From contig JASFYL010000001.1 in NCBI GenBank assembly GCA_030055575.1, forward strand, positions 3,545 to 67,544: a stretch of 64,000 nt of DNA, read 5' to 3'. The notes below the pieces were generated by a model, which had not been told where the DNA came from, made no database searches, and saw only the letters and a list, made by a program, of their open reading frames with translations. Position numbers and translations under genes: made by a program. Of this stretch, positions 28,727 to 38,557 are shown in pieces. This DNA comes from Thermoproteota archaeon. GTDB lineage: Archaea; Thermoproteota; Methanomethylicia; Methanomethylicales; Methanomethylicaceae. Numbering within the stretch: position 1 is the stretch's first letter; each line of letters opens with the position of its first letter.

Positions 28727-29511
28727 GCCTCAAGGATTCGATAATCGGCATCTCGTTCGTCGCTTTAATGACTGCCATCCTAATCTACGCATTCCTTGGA
28801 TATCCTGAAGTTGGTTTTGTTAGACCTCTAGGAGAATTCTACCTTTACAACACCTTCAACTTTAACGAACAGGGATGGTGGTCCGCTTCTCCTAACGCTG
28901 TAACTGGTGTCTTGTGGGACTATCGGGGGTACGACACACTATATGAGACAATGGTGTTCTATGTCGGGATTGTGGCTATTGCCCTCTTCTTTGAAAAGGA
29001 ATCAAGCCTCCGGAGAACAAGCGGCATGACTGTCATAGTTAGGGCGACTACAAAACTCGTCTTTGTATTCATACTGACGTCTGCTATGGCCATAACCATT
29101 TTCAGCGTGAAGACTCCTGGAGGCGGATTCCAGGGCGGATCGATAATGGCAATTGCTTATATCGCCATCATTATCGCCCTATCAAGGGGATTTTTACCAG
29201 AATTGAGGATGGATTTGTCGAAGGCTCATCTAATCAAGATATTCGGGCTGATTTTGATCTTCTCTCTTACAGTGATCCCTGTAGCGTACTCTTTGGCCTC
29301 TGGGACTGTTGCATATGCACTCCAGAATCAGCCAAAGCCGTGGTCAGAGTTTGGATACCCCACTTTCCTCGGTCTCTACAGCCTTTCTGGGGGGATGGTT
29401 ATCCCCATACAAGTGGGTGAATTGGTGCATGTCGGGATGGGGTTTACGATAATGTTCTTGATTTTGACTGAGCGCGAAGGGAAGAAGGAACTGGGAGGGA
29501 AAAGATCTTGA
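28723..29511 (+). CDS. MrpB-type subunit (MbhE and MbhF fused)
   Basis: NAVTGVLWDYRGYDTLYE followed by TPGGGFQGG. Confidence 0.9.
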   Translation: MSLKDSIIGISFVALMTAILIYAFLGYPEVGFVRPLGEFYLYNTFNFNEQGWWSASPNAVTGVLWDYRGYDTLYETMVFYVGIVAIALFFEKESSLRRTSGMTVIVRATTKLVFVFILTSAMAITIFSVKTPGGGFQGGSIMAIAYIAIIIALSRGFLPELRMDLSKAHLIKIFGLILIFSLTVIPVAYSLASGTVAYALQNQPKPWSEFGYPTFLGLYSLSGGMVIPIQVGELVHVGMGFTIMFLILTEREGKKELGGKRS

Positions 29512-29876
29512 ATATTGCTGGCCAGTTGCCATACATCCTTATTGCAATGATGGCGTCCTTGTGCATCTATGCAATCCTATTCAAGTCAAACCTGTTCAAG
29601 AAGATGCTTGCAATATTCCTGCTCACTGATGCAGTCAACCTTCTCTACATCGTTCAGGGATACAGGTCGGGCAACTCGATCCCGCCAATAATCCCCCCAG
29701 GCATGGATCCGTCCGAATTCGCTTCCCTTGCTGTTGATCCACTCGCTCACTACTTCGTTGTGACCGCAGTTGTGATCGGGTTGGCTGAAGTTGCCACGCT
29801 TACTGCCCTTACGATTTACACCTACCGGCATTACGGCACTATCGAGACAAGGAAGATCAAGGAGTTGAGAGGATGA
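29508..29876 (+). CDS. MrpC/MbhG subunit
   Basis: NLFKKMLA, VDPLAHYFVVTAVVIG, HYGT. Confidence 0.9.
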   Translation: MNIAGQLPYILIAMMASLCIYAILFKSNLFKKMLAIFLLTDAVNLLYIVQGYRSGNSIPPIIPPGMDPSEFASLAVDPLAHYFVVTAVVIGLAEVATLTALTIYTYRHYGTIETRKIKELRG

Positions 29877-31429
29877 ACGTCTTATTCTTCCAGGCACCTA
29901 TATTGGCAATGTTGTTGGCACTGATGGGTTCATTCGGATGTATCATCGTGGGTTTGTTTTCAGGTAGACGCGCGGTGGAATGGTTTACAGGAATATTGAC
30001 TGCTGTGTCCTTGGTACTGTCTGCTCTTGCGGTTGTAAACGTCTTCTTTCTCGATGAACCTTACGTTTATATGATGGGAGGATGGCCTCCTCCAGTTGGT
30101 ATCCCTTATGTGATAGACCGCTACTCTGCCCCACTTGCGCTTGTTGTATCTGCGATATTCTTTGCGACCATGGTCTATTCGGTCAGATATATCGAGAGGG
30201 ACCGGGATGTGAAATGGTACTACTCGCTAAGATTCCTTATGCAGGCTGGGATGTATGGCCTCCTGTTCTCCGGCGATATGTTCCATATCTTCGTGATGCT
30301 AGAATTGATGGGTCTTTCTGCGATCCTTCTAGTACCATTTCGTAAAGAGGTCAAGGCATCGGTTGAGGCTGGGATAAAGTACGGCATATACGATATCCTT
30401 GCGATCTCCATCTACTACCTATGTACTGCAATGATATTCGGGATGTTTGGAACCATGACTGTGGCTGAGATCGCAGCAAAACTCGGCGGTTATGTCTCTC
30501 CCTTCTCCGGTGGGATCTTTGCAAATACCGCAGCTTTGCCTGTGATAATTGCCCTCATTGTCTGGTCTTTCACTATCGGATCCGCTGTCGTTCCTCAACA
30601 CTTCTGGCTGCCCGACGCACACAGCATGGCGCCGAGCTCAATTAGCGCCATACTTTCCGGGCTATTGGTCCAAGTGAATATCGCAGTCCTCGCAAGAATC
30701 CTCTTTGACGGGTTCGCAGCAGGCTCGTACCCAGGAAACGAGATCGGTCTTCACGCCTTGCTCATCCTCGGCGCAATCTCCTCGGTAATTGGCGCCGCGT
30801 TTATGCTGGTCCAGTCTGACATAAAGCGATTGATCGCATACTCCACAATAGCAAACCTAGGGCTTATAGCCATGGGCTTCGGGCTCGGCACGATTCAGGG
30901 AGCTTCTGCGTCATACCTCCATATAATCAACCATGCCTTCGTTAAGGCTGCCCTGTTCATGATTGCAGGGGTCTTCATCCATGCCACAGGATCGAGGGAA
31001 ATCTCGTCTCTCAAGGGGATATCGAAGGTTCTGCCAGGGACCTCTTTGCTGTACACCATTGGCACACTCGCTGCCATCGGTTTCCCACCACTCAGCATGT
31101 TTTGGAGCAAGTTGCTGCTCCTGTTTTCAGTTTTGAGTGCGGGTGGGAGCTATCAATACGTGGTGGTTCCTATGGCTTTGACCATTGTATTAGAATCCAT
31201 CGCCCAGATCCGGCTCTTGGCAGTCATATACTCTGGCGAGAAGAGGTCGGTCAACTGCCGCCCTTCATATCCCGTGATCGCATCGGTGGGGATGATGATT
31301 GGAATAATCGTCATAACTGGATTGATGCCGAGTTTACTCTTTGAGTTGGGCGGACTAGCCGCAAGCGACCTACTTAACATCGATTCCTACATCGATTTGG
31401 TGCTAAAGTCGTTAAATTACCCACCTTAA
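29873..31429 (+). CDS. MrpD/MbhH antiporter subunit
   Basis: GGWPPPVGI, FVMLELM, HFWLPDAHSMAPSSISAILSG, KRLIAYSTI. Confidence 0.92.
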   Translation: MNVLFFQAPILAMLLALMGSFGCIIVGLFSGRRAVEWFTGILTAVSLVLSALAVVNVFFLDEPYVYMMGGWPPPVGIPYVIDRYSAPLALVVSAIFFATMVYSVRYIERDRDVKWYYSLRFLMQAGMYGLLFSGDMFHIFVMLELMGLSAILLVPFRKEVKASVEAGIKYGIYDILAISIYYLCTAMIFGMFGTMTVAEIAAKLGGYVSPFSGGIFANTAALPVIIALIVWSFTIGSAVVPQHFWLPDAHSMAPSSISAILSGLLVQVNIAVLARILFDGFAAGSYPGNEIGLHALLILGAISSVIGAAFMLVQSDIKRLIAYSTIANLGLIAMGFGLGTIQGASASYLHIINHAFVKAALFMIAGVFIHATGSREISSLKGISKVLPGTSLLYTIGTLAAIGFPPLSMFWSKLLLLFSVLSAGGSYQYVVVPMALTIVLESIAQIRLLAVIYSGEKRSVNCRPSYPVIASVGMMIGIIVITGLMPSLLFELGGLAASDLLNIDSYIDLVLKSLNYPP

Positions 31430-31444
31430 TTCTCTCTCTTTTTT
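31430..31444 (+). terminator. Pyrimidine/T-tract terminator of the antiporter operon
   Basis: TTCTCTCTCTTTTTT directly after the stop codon. Confidence 0.55.
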
Positions 31445-31683
31445 GAGCTTAGCAGCTTTGGGGAGTTCTTTGGGTAAATCGATTAGAGGTGGTAGGTAAG
31501 AGAATGCGAGCAGTTTTGAGTTAGATGGTGAAGTGTTCTCATAAAACGAGCCATCCTATATATGCGGTAAAAGCTCTCGGAATTGGGCTTTCCAAAAAAA
31601 GGCATCATTGCCAGTTCAGTTCGACCCCTATCTTAATATTTGGGGATATGTGATAATTAGACTCACATTGCGGGGTCAGACAA

Positions 31684-32937
31684 GTGACCAGAAAGAAATG
31701 TCTTGCGGCATTGCTCACAATCTCCTTGCTCTATGTACTGTTTCCATATACGATGGTATCCGCTTCTGCTTCTTCGGTAGAAAGAACAATTATTATGGAA
31801 CCTTATTTCCAAATATATGAGGATCATTTTAATTTACTCTCGCCTACCGATAACTATACTATATCGTTTGTCGTCCCATACTCTCAATGTCTATATTCGG
31901 TCAAGGCATACGGGCAGGACAACTCATCACTAGAAGTAGAATGGGTTTACCAAAACGAGACATCTAACTTGACGTTGCTAGTTCATACGAATGGGCAAAC
32001 TTCGTTTACGCTCAGGACCATCTTGCACTACACAACACGGATTGTTAACGAGTCATATTATACTACAGTGAACCTATACCCGTGCGCAGAGGGCGAGCTG
32101 TCAGCAGCACTTACGCTTTTCCTGCCTTCCGGCTCCACGCTTGTTGACTATCCTGAAAGCCTGTCCCTTACTCATGTTGATGGGAGACCTGCGCTTATTG
32201 GGGGGAGGGTTCTGACACCTTTCGAGGCATCAAACGATACGATTGCATACAACGGTACATATCAGCTTGTAGAAATAACCAACTTAGAACGCCGGATCGA
32301 GGCATCAGCGAGCGGCGTTCTCGTCACCGAGAACGTGCAGTTCGTAAACCTGAATTTCAGCATAATGAAAAATTTCAAGTTGACCCTGCCGGAGGGCGCC
32401 TCGTTGTTAAGGGTTTATGATTCCATAGGTTATATGAATTATACTTTGGAGAACACGAGTCTGTATGTTGCTCTCCGTTCCATCATACTTCCCTCAGAGA
32501 AGTCTTCATTCACAATCGTTTACCAGATCCCAGCAAGTAACGCCTACCAACACGAGAACGACAAATTGGTGTTCTCAGGATCGGTTCTGCCGGAGTGGTG
32601 CCCGTATCTAGTTAATAAGCTAAACACCGTCATTTCCTTGCCTGGAGGTGCATCCCAAGTCGAGGGAATTGGGGTTACACTTGTAGATAAAAACTCGACA
32701 GTAGAAGGCAGGATTGCTGCTACAGATATCACTCCTTACTCTGACTTTTCATTTTCGATCTCATTCATACCCCCGCCCTACACGATTCCATCGGGGGCTA
32801 TCGTTCTTGTTTCTTTAGTAGTGATGATTGCAGTCATTATGCTAATCTACATTCGTGTCTTAAGGAAAAGAGAACCCGTAAGCCCCCCCTCAGAGAAAAA
32901 GATTCCGTCCCAGCAAAAGAGGCATACAAAGCGATAA
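31684..32937 (+). CDS. Type I membrane glycoprotein resembling ribophorin I (Ost1/RPN1)
   Basis: Signal peptide, beta-rich ectodomain with 11 N-x-S/T sequons, single C-terminal TM and basic tail; four motif blocks match RPN1 as recalled. Confidence 0.7.
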   Translation: [417 protein letters not shown]

Positions 32938-33077
32938 ACTCTTCATTCTTTGCGATCGATTATCCAGACCAAATTTAGGTAATTGAACTTCCATCCCTAC
33001 GTCTTCCCGCTGCTTAATATTGCCGATTCTGAACCCGCTTTGGTTTCTTCACAACTTCAGTGGTTTTCATAGCATTG

Positions 33078-34022
33078 TCATTCTCGCTCTCTGCATTTGA
33101 ACCATTTGATGGTCTCTTCTAAACCTGCCCTCAGTGAATATTTCGGTTCGAATCCTAGATCTCTCTTTGCTTTGGAGATGTCTGCCCACGACTCTCGCAC
33201 GTCGCCCGTTCTGGGTTCTAAGAACTGTACGCGCATTTCAGAACCAGTGATCTCCGAAACTATCCTAGCAAGCTCGAATATCGATACCTTCTTTCCCCCG
33301 GCGATATTATAGACACCTGTGACTTCAGATTCTGCAGCCAAAATATTCGCCCTCACGACATCCTTGACATACGTAAAGTCTCTGGTCTGATAACCGTCTC
33401 CGTAGATCGGCATAGCCTCCCCCTTCAATGCACAGTCAATGAACTTTGGAACTACTGCGGCGTACTCTGATACAGGATCCTGCCTCGGTCCATATACGTT
33501 GAAGTACCTTAGCGCCACTGTCTTCAGTCCATAGAGTTCTGTGAAGATTCTGCAGTAGTGCTCCCCTGCCAGTTTTGTCAGAGCATAAGGCGACATTGGC
33601 TTAGGCTCCATGTCCTCGCGTTTTGGTAGTGTTGACATCTCTCCATAGACAGAAGACGAAGACGCATAGACGACCTTCTTGACACCGCAGTCCCTGGCTG
33701 CCACGAGGACACACAGCGTGCCTGTTATGCCTGCTTCGTTCGTTTTTATCGGATCCAATACTGACCTAGGCACGGAGGGTATGGCGGCTTGATGCAAAAC
33801 AAAATCAGCACCATTAAACGCCTCCTTCAGAAGGGACAAGTCGGTTACGCTTCCTTTTACAAACTTCACCTTTTTCGATTCAATAAACTCTAAGACATTG
33901 GAGATCCTGCCTGTAGAAAGGTCATCCACGATTGTCACTTCATTACTGCAGCATAATGTTTCTGAGATGTTTGCTCCTATGAAGCCAGCCCCGCCTGTCA
34001 CCACTACTTTTTTGTTCTTCAT
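33078..34022 (-). CDS. NAD-dependent nucleotide-sugar epimerase (GalE/WbpP-like)
   Basis: TGGAGFIG, ASSSSVYG, YALTK, RYFNVYGPRQ. Confidence 0.93.
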   Translation of the reverse strand: MKNKKVVVTGGAGFIGANISETLCCSNEVTIVDDLSTGRISNVLEFIESKKVKFVKGSVTDLSLLKEAFNGADFVLHQAAIPSVPRSVLDPIKTNEAGITGTLCVLVAARDCGVKKVVYASSSSVYGEMSTLPKREDMEPKPMSPYALTKLAGEHYCRIFTELYGLKTVALRYFNVYGPRQDPVSEYAAVVPKFIDCALKGEAMPIYGDGYQTRDFTYVKDVVRANILAAESEVTGVYNIAGGKKVSIFELARIVSEITGSEMRVQFLEPRTGDVRESWADISKAKRDLGFEPKYSLRAGLEETIKWFKCRERE

Positions 34023-34046
34023 AATGCTCACTGGGGCATCTATTTT

Positions 34047-34122
34047 TGGTAGCCCGGAGGAGATTCGAACTCCTGTCGGCGGGGCCAAAGCCCGCCATGC
34101 TTGGCCGCTACACCACCGGGCT
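34047..34122 (-). tRNA. tRNA-Gln(TTG), CCA encoded
   Basis: Minus strand AGCCCGG...CCGGGCT-ACCA; anticodon arm GCGGG-CTTTGGC-CCCGC; A1-U72. Confidence 0.96.
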
Positions 34123-34272
34123 GGAATGATTTGACCCTGTTTTAGCATATTATTCTTTTGGTCTGTTCTTATCTAGGAATGTGTTCACAGGAACCCATAA
34201 ACTCTTATTAATAGGCAATAAAGAGCTATGAGCATGGATGCTTACCGATCAAAGCCTTGAGTTGAGCTGAAA

Positions 34273-34968
34273 ATGGCTATCGGTTTACACATGGAAGTAG
34301 TTTTTAACGCCGCCCCGTTGCACGAGATGGCAATAGCATTAGCTATGCTTGCATACTTGATGTTTATTGTTTACTCCACAAAGTGGGTTTACTCCGCTTT
34401 GCGTAAAAGGGGCGTGGAGCATAATGTCTCGGTCTATTATAATCGGAAAATAATACACATCTTTGGCGCGGGGGTTCTCACACTTTTATTCCCAGTGTAT
34501 TTCACAGGGATCGCAATTCCTATGCTTTTGGTTGGCATAATCGCTATTTTGATATACATTCCGCACAGAACAGGGAAAATCCTTTATTGGTTCCAAATGA
34601 AGGAGAATGCATACGAAGTCAACTTCACCATCGCATGGGGCTTCGCAATAGGATTCTCTTGGCTGATCTTCGGCGACCCTGTTTACGGGGTCGTGACAGC
34701 TGCCTTCATGGCATTTGGAGATGCCGTGACTGGGGTCGTAAGGAATGCTATGTTCAAAAGGAGGACAAAACACTGGCTCGGAAATGTCGCAATGCTTGCA
34801 GTCTCACTGCCGATAGGAGCGGTCTACGCCGGAACTGCTGGAATGGTGGCCGCATTGGTGGCGTCAATTGTCGAGCACTTCGAGCTAAACCCAATCGATG
34901 ATAACATTCTGATAACCTTGGGTTCGCTAATCACACTGATTATCTTGAGAGAGTTCTTGGGTCTCTAA
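34273..34968 (+). CDS. Dolichol/phytol kinase-like polyprenol kinase
   Basis: RKIIHI, MAFGDAVTG, TKHWLG, IDDNILI; multi-TM. Confidence 0.8.
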   Translation: MAIGLHMEVVFNAAPLHEMAIALAMLAYLMFIVYSTKWVYSALRKRGVEHNVSVYYNRKIIHIFGAGVLTLLFPVYFTGIAIPMLLVGIIAILIYIPHRTGKILYWFQMKENAYEVNFTIAWGFAIGFSWLIFGDPVYGVVTAAFMAFGDAVTGVVRNAMFKRRTKHWLGNVAMLAVSLPIGAVYAGTAGMVAALVASIVEHFELNPIDDNILITLGSLITLIILREFLGL

Positions 34969-35096
34969 AACACTGAAAATCACGCCTGGTCAATAATTTT
35001 TCTATCATGTTTAATGAATTATTTTTGAGGTTCTGTGTATCAAGACTAAAGTTTTATATTAGTGTGTCCTACTTACAATTTAAATGGGGACTTTTT

Positions 35097-35516
35097 ATGG
35101 CAAGTCAGAAACTTTTGGAGATGTTGAACGAGGCGGCATCTAGAGAGCTTCAGGTTTCTATCCAGTACATCTGGCAACATGTGATGTGCCGAGGGATGTT
35201 CAGCGAAACCATTTCGGAGATTCTAGAAAAGATTGCAATCGAGGAAATGAAGCACTATGAGGCGATTGCAGAACGCATTGATTACCTTGGTGGCGTTCCA
35301 ACTACGCGCCCCTCTGAGGTCAAGTATGGAAAGAACATAAAAGAGATGTTGGAGATAGATAAGAAGGACGAGGAGGGCGCCATTAGCCTGTACAAGAAGA
35401 TAATAGAGGTTGCCGAATCAGAAAAGGATATCGTTACTAAGAAACTGTTCGAGGACATTCTTGAAGCAGAAGAAGAGCACCACTACAAATTCTCCACATT
35501 ATTGGAAACCGATTAA
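35097..35516 (+). CDS. Ferritin-like (bacterioferritin/Dps-like) protein
   Basis: RELQVSIQY, EEMKH, ERIDYLGG, EEEHH. Confidence 0.9.
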   Translation: MASQKLLEMLNEAASRELQVSIQYIWQHVMCRGMFSETISEILEKIAIEEMKHYEAIAERIDYLGGVPTTRPSEVKYGKNIKEMLEIDKKDEEGAISLYKKIIEVAESEKDIVTKKLFEDILEAEEEHHYKFSTLLETD

Positions 35517-35717
35517 CTTTTTAATCTTTTTTAGAGTTTGCCATTCAAGGCAAGAATTTTGTGATTTAAACAACATGTGAAATATGGTGGGTTAGTTGTG
35601 GCAATGCGTTTGTTATAGCGCAACTTCATTAATACGGATAGTTCACCTACAATAACCATAACTGTTTTTAATGATTAGGGTACCATAGAATAAAAAGAGG
35701 GATTGGAGGAAGCGGTT

Positions 35718-35861
35718 TTGGCAAAATGCCCTAAGTGTGGCACCGAGGTAGTGAAACCAACCAAGACCTGGAAGCTAGCCCCCAAAGGCAAAAAGGCAAT
35801 TGAAATCAGACTTTTCAAATGCCCCAGCTGTGGAGCCTTCTTCAGGCACGGTCAGAAATGA
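35718..35861 (+). CDS. Zinc-finger Cren7-like chromatin protein (47 aa, absent from ORF track)
   Basis: TTG start after GGAGG; MAKCPKCGTEVVKPTKTWKLAPKGKKAIEIRLFKCPSCGAFFRHGQK; T-tract downstream. Confidence 0.88.
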   Translation: MAKCPKCGTEVVKPTKTWKLAPKGKKAIEIRLFKCPSCGAFFRHGQK

Positions 35862-36001
35862 TCCCTTTCCTTTTTTAAACAAATTGGTGGTCGTGTGCTT
35901 ATATGTGCGTTAGCATTTAGGCATCCAGACGTTGGCTTTGGATAGCTAACATTCGCATCGATTTTCTCAAAAAATTGGATGGTGAGGTGGTGGTTGGAAT
36001 A

Positions 36002-38140
36002 TCACTTGACCCTAATTGTGACCGAGTTGGAATATTCTGAAACCACCCCTAATGATTTATTGAAGGCTTGGACTCTGTATTGGTAGGTTCCTTGTCCTGC
36101 AGTGGTATCCACGTAGGATGTTGTGTTGGCGCCAACCGTGGCAATGCGCTGATACACATACGCGTTCTTTACCTTTGTACCGCGCTCGATGTAGAAACCG
36201 TCCTCATTATTTGAGTTGTCTTTCCATACTAGCCTTACGTTATAGCTATTGCCGCTTGCCACTAGTTCAGTTGGAGCGTTGACGACTGTGCTTTCTTGGA
36301 GCACCTCTACTGTGACGCTTACAGATCCCTTGGCACCCTTGTCATCCGTAACAGTTAGCTTCGCTAAATATGTCCCCTTTGATGTATATGTATGTGTTGC
36401 TTTTGCACCTGTTCCGAAGCAACCGTCTCCAAAGTCCCAGTCATACGAAACTATGCTCCCGTCTGGATCATAGGAAGCGCTTCCGTCAAAGTTAACCGTA
36501 AGCGGTGCATAGCCACTCTTTGGTACCGCAATTGCAATCGCATTAGGGGCGATGTTCTCAACTCTAGAATAGTCGATCCAGATGTTCAGCTGTCCCGCAT
36601 CGATGCTAACTGGCAGATTGGTGTATTTGCCAACAAGATGGTCTCCTGTTTCGTCGACTCTGTAGATGCTATATGACTTTACGATGGCTGGATCACCTGC
36701 TATGTTGTCGTATACCCCCAAGAACCATCTAGTATACCCTGCGCTCGCCAAATCCGTAAAGTCAAAAACGAATGTGGCATCACATGCAGCGGTCGTCCCA
36801 TCGAAAGAAAAGTCTCCTCCAGAGTAGTAGAGCGCTTTAGAGTACCATTTTAGAGCAGGCGTGGTTTGTGTGTCATTACCCACTCCCAGTGAGACTAGCA
36901 GCTGCCTCCTCTTGAGGTGGTTCAGAGTGAACTCCGCAATCATTTGTGGCGTATACGATTCACGAGCTGTCATTGTGTACACCCCGCCCCTGAAAATTCC
37001 ACCGGTATCTCTGTCGCTGGGTGGCCAGGTTTCCGTTGCCTTAACCGAAGAGGATGGAAATAATGCATCATATGCTACCCACCTGAAGCCCCCATTCCAG
37101 TCGCTTGTGCCCCAGGAGTTGGCGATCTTGAATGCCCCTTTTTCTCCAGGGTCTACAACCATGTTTCCGTTGAGATCGCACCAGATGTTGTCGTTGTAGC
37201 CCACGATCGTCATGGCATGCCCTCCTAACCTTGTGTTTTTCATATAGCTGGCTATCTTCTGCCCGACATAGGCGTCATCCTCAAAGGTTGAAGGATCATC
37301 GCTGACGTAGGTCTGAACCCATGAGTATACATATGTGCCGATCACTAACACGTGGCCGTTAGCCAGCTGGGTCTTTAAATCTAAAACCATCTGGGTTGTG
37401 TTGGAACTATAGATCTGCCCCCAGCTGAACGGTCTGTAGTTTATGGCGTTGCGCCAGGAAGTTGCATTAAGGCACCAAGAAAGGTAGTCTTTGTCGTATG
37501 GAAATTCAGCCCATGTGACCGCGCCATGTTTTATCAGTAGCGAGTAAGCGTCTGAGAAATATGCCCCGCCATCGACCCCATTATTGATCATGTTGTAAGT
37601 CCATTTCGGAGAGAAGATCACGTTGTTGTCGCCGTTGCTGGCAATACGCCCCCTTACTAGGTTGGTTTCGTATGTTAATTGATAGTAGGTCGTGGCCCAT
37701 GCAACACATGACCCAATCCCTCCTTGACTCCTTATAGGTGGGAATGCGGGTAAAAGGCTGTTGTCTACACTTGTGGGCAATATGCTGTACGTGTCAAATT
37801 TAAGAGAGGCTTGCCAATCAACCTTAAATTCTATAAACTGCAATTCAGATCCAAGCGGCACGATCCCCGCCTCCGTGTCTGAAATCTTGGATTGACCCCG
37901 CGCAACGCGCTCGGCGTTTATGCGTTCGAGCGCCAGATGATTAAGCTGTATCCTCTCAATTAAGGGAAAATTTCTCTTCATCCAATCTTCTTGGGGGGCT
38001 GTGGGATCCTTAAGACCCGTAGCTGGGGTTTCCGTGTCTTTTCCATGATTCAGAACACTGCCCGCAATAATTCCTGATGTTGTATTAAATACAAGGAGGA
38101 CAAGTATGGTGACTGCCAAGAATGTTGTTTGTTTTCTCAT
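36002..38140 (-). CDS. Secreted papain-like (C1) cysteine protease with PKD and FN3-like domains
   Basis: Signal peptide; QGGIGSCVAWA, GHAMTIVGY, ANSWG; PKD WDFGDG; FN3-like WKDNSNNEDGFYIER. Confidence 0.92.
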   Translation of the reverse strand: MRKQTTFLAVTILVLLVFNTTSGIIAGSVLNHGKDTETPATGLKDPTAPQEDWMKRNFPLIERIQLNHLALERINAERVARGQSKISDTEAGIVPLGSELQFIEFKVDWQASLKFDTYSILPTSVDNSLLPAFPPIRSQGGIGSCVAWATTYYQLTYETNLVRGRIASNGDNNVIFSPKWTYNMINNGVDGGAYFSDAYSLLIKHGAVTWAEFPYDKDYLSWCLNATSWRNAINYRPFSWGQIYSSNTTQMVLDLKTQLANGHVLVIGTYVYSWVQTYVSDDPSTFEDDAYVGQKIASYMKNTRLGGHAMTIVGYNDNIWCDLNGNMVVDPGEKGAFKIANSWGTSDWNGGFRWVAYDALFPSSSVKATETWPPSDRDTGGIFRGGVYTMTARESYTPQMIAEFTLNHLKRRQLLVSLGVGNDTQTTPALKWYSKALYYSGGDFSFDGTTAACDATFVFDFTDLASAGYTRWFLGVYDNIAGDPAIVKSYSIYRVDETGDHLVGKYTNLPVSIDAGQLNIWIDYSRVENIAPNAIAIAVPKSGYAPLTVNFDGSASYDPDGSIVSYDWDFGDGCFGTGAKATHTYTSKGTYLAKLTVTDDKGAKGSVSVTVEVLQESTVVNAPTELVASGNSYNVRLVWKDNSNNEDGFYIERGTKVKNAYVYQRIATVGANTTSYVDTTAGQGTYQYRVQAFNKSLGVVSEYSNSVTIRVK

Positions 38141-38557
38141 ATATTTGTGCCCCACCCCATATTGTATCCTTGTTTTACTAATATACAGATGATTTATAAA
38201 AGGTTTTCCGTAATATAAAAAAAACTTTCTTTTAAAAGTTAAACTTTTCCACATTATTGTTTTATTGTATTACATAGATACAATTAATTTAAAAAATATG
38301 ATTTATTATATATAGTATATATCTATTTACTAATGCTACTGGAATTGTGACATTTTTATGAAACCAACCGAATTCTCCAAAGTCCTCCTGTTTTTACGTC
38401 AAAAAAAAAAGAAATGAAAAGAAAATTAGATTTATCGCTCTAGGTTTTTCATCGATCTTATTTTCCCAAAGGATACGATTCGTTAGATGCATCAGTCTCA
38501 CATCATTATTAAAGGGGCTTATGCTAGGCTGATTTTGTTTCTTCCGAATACCTCGCG

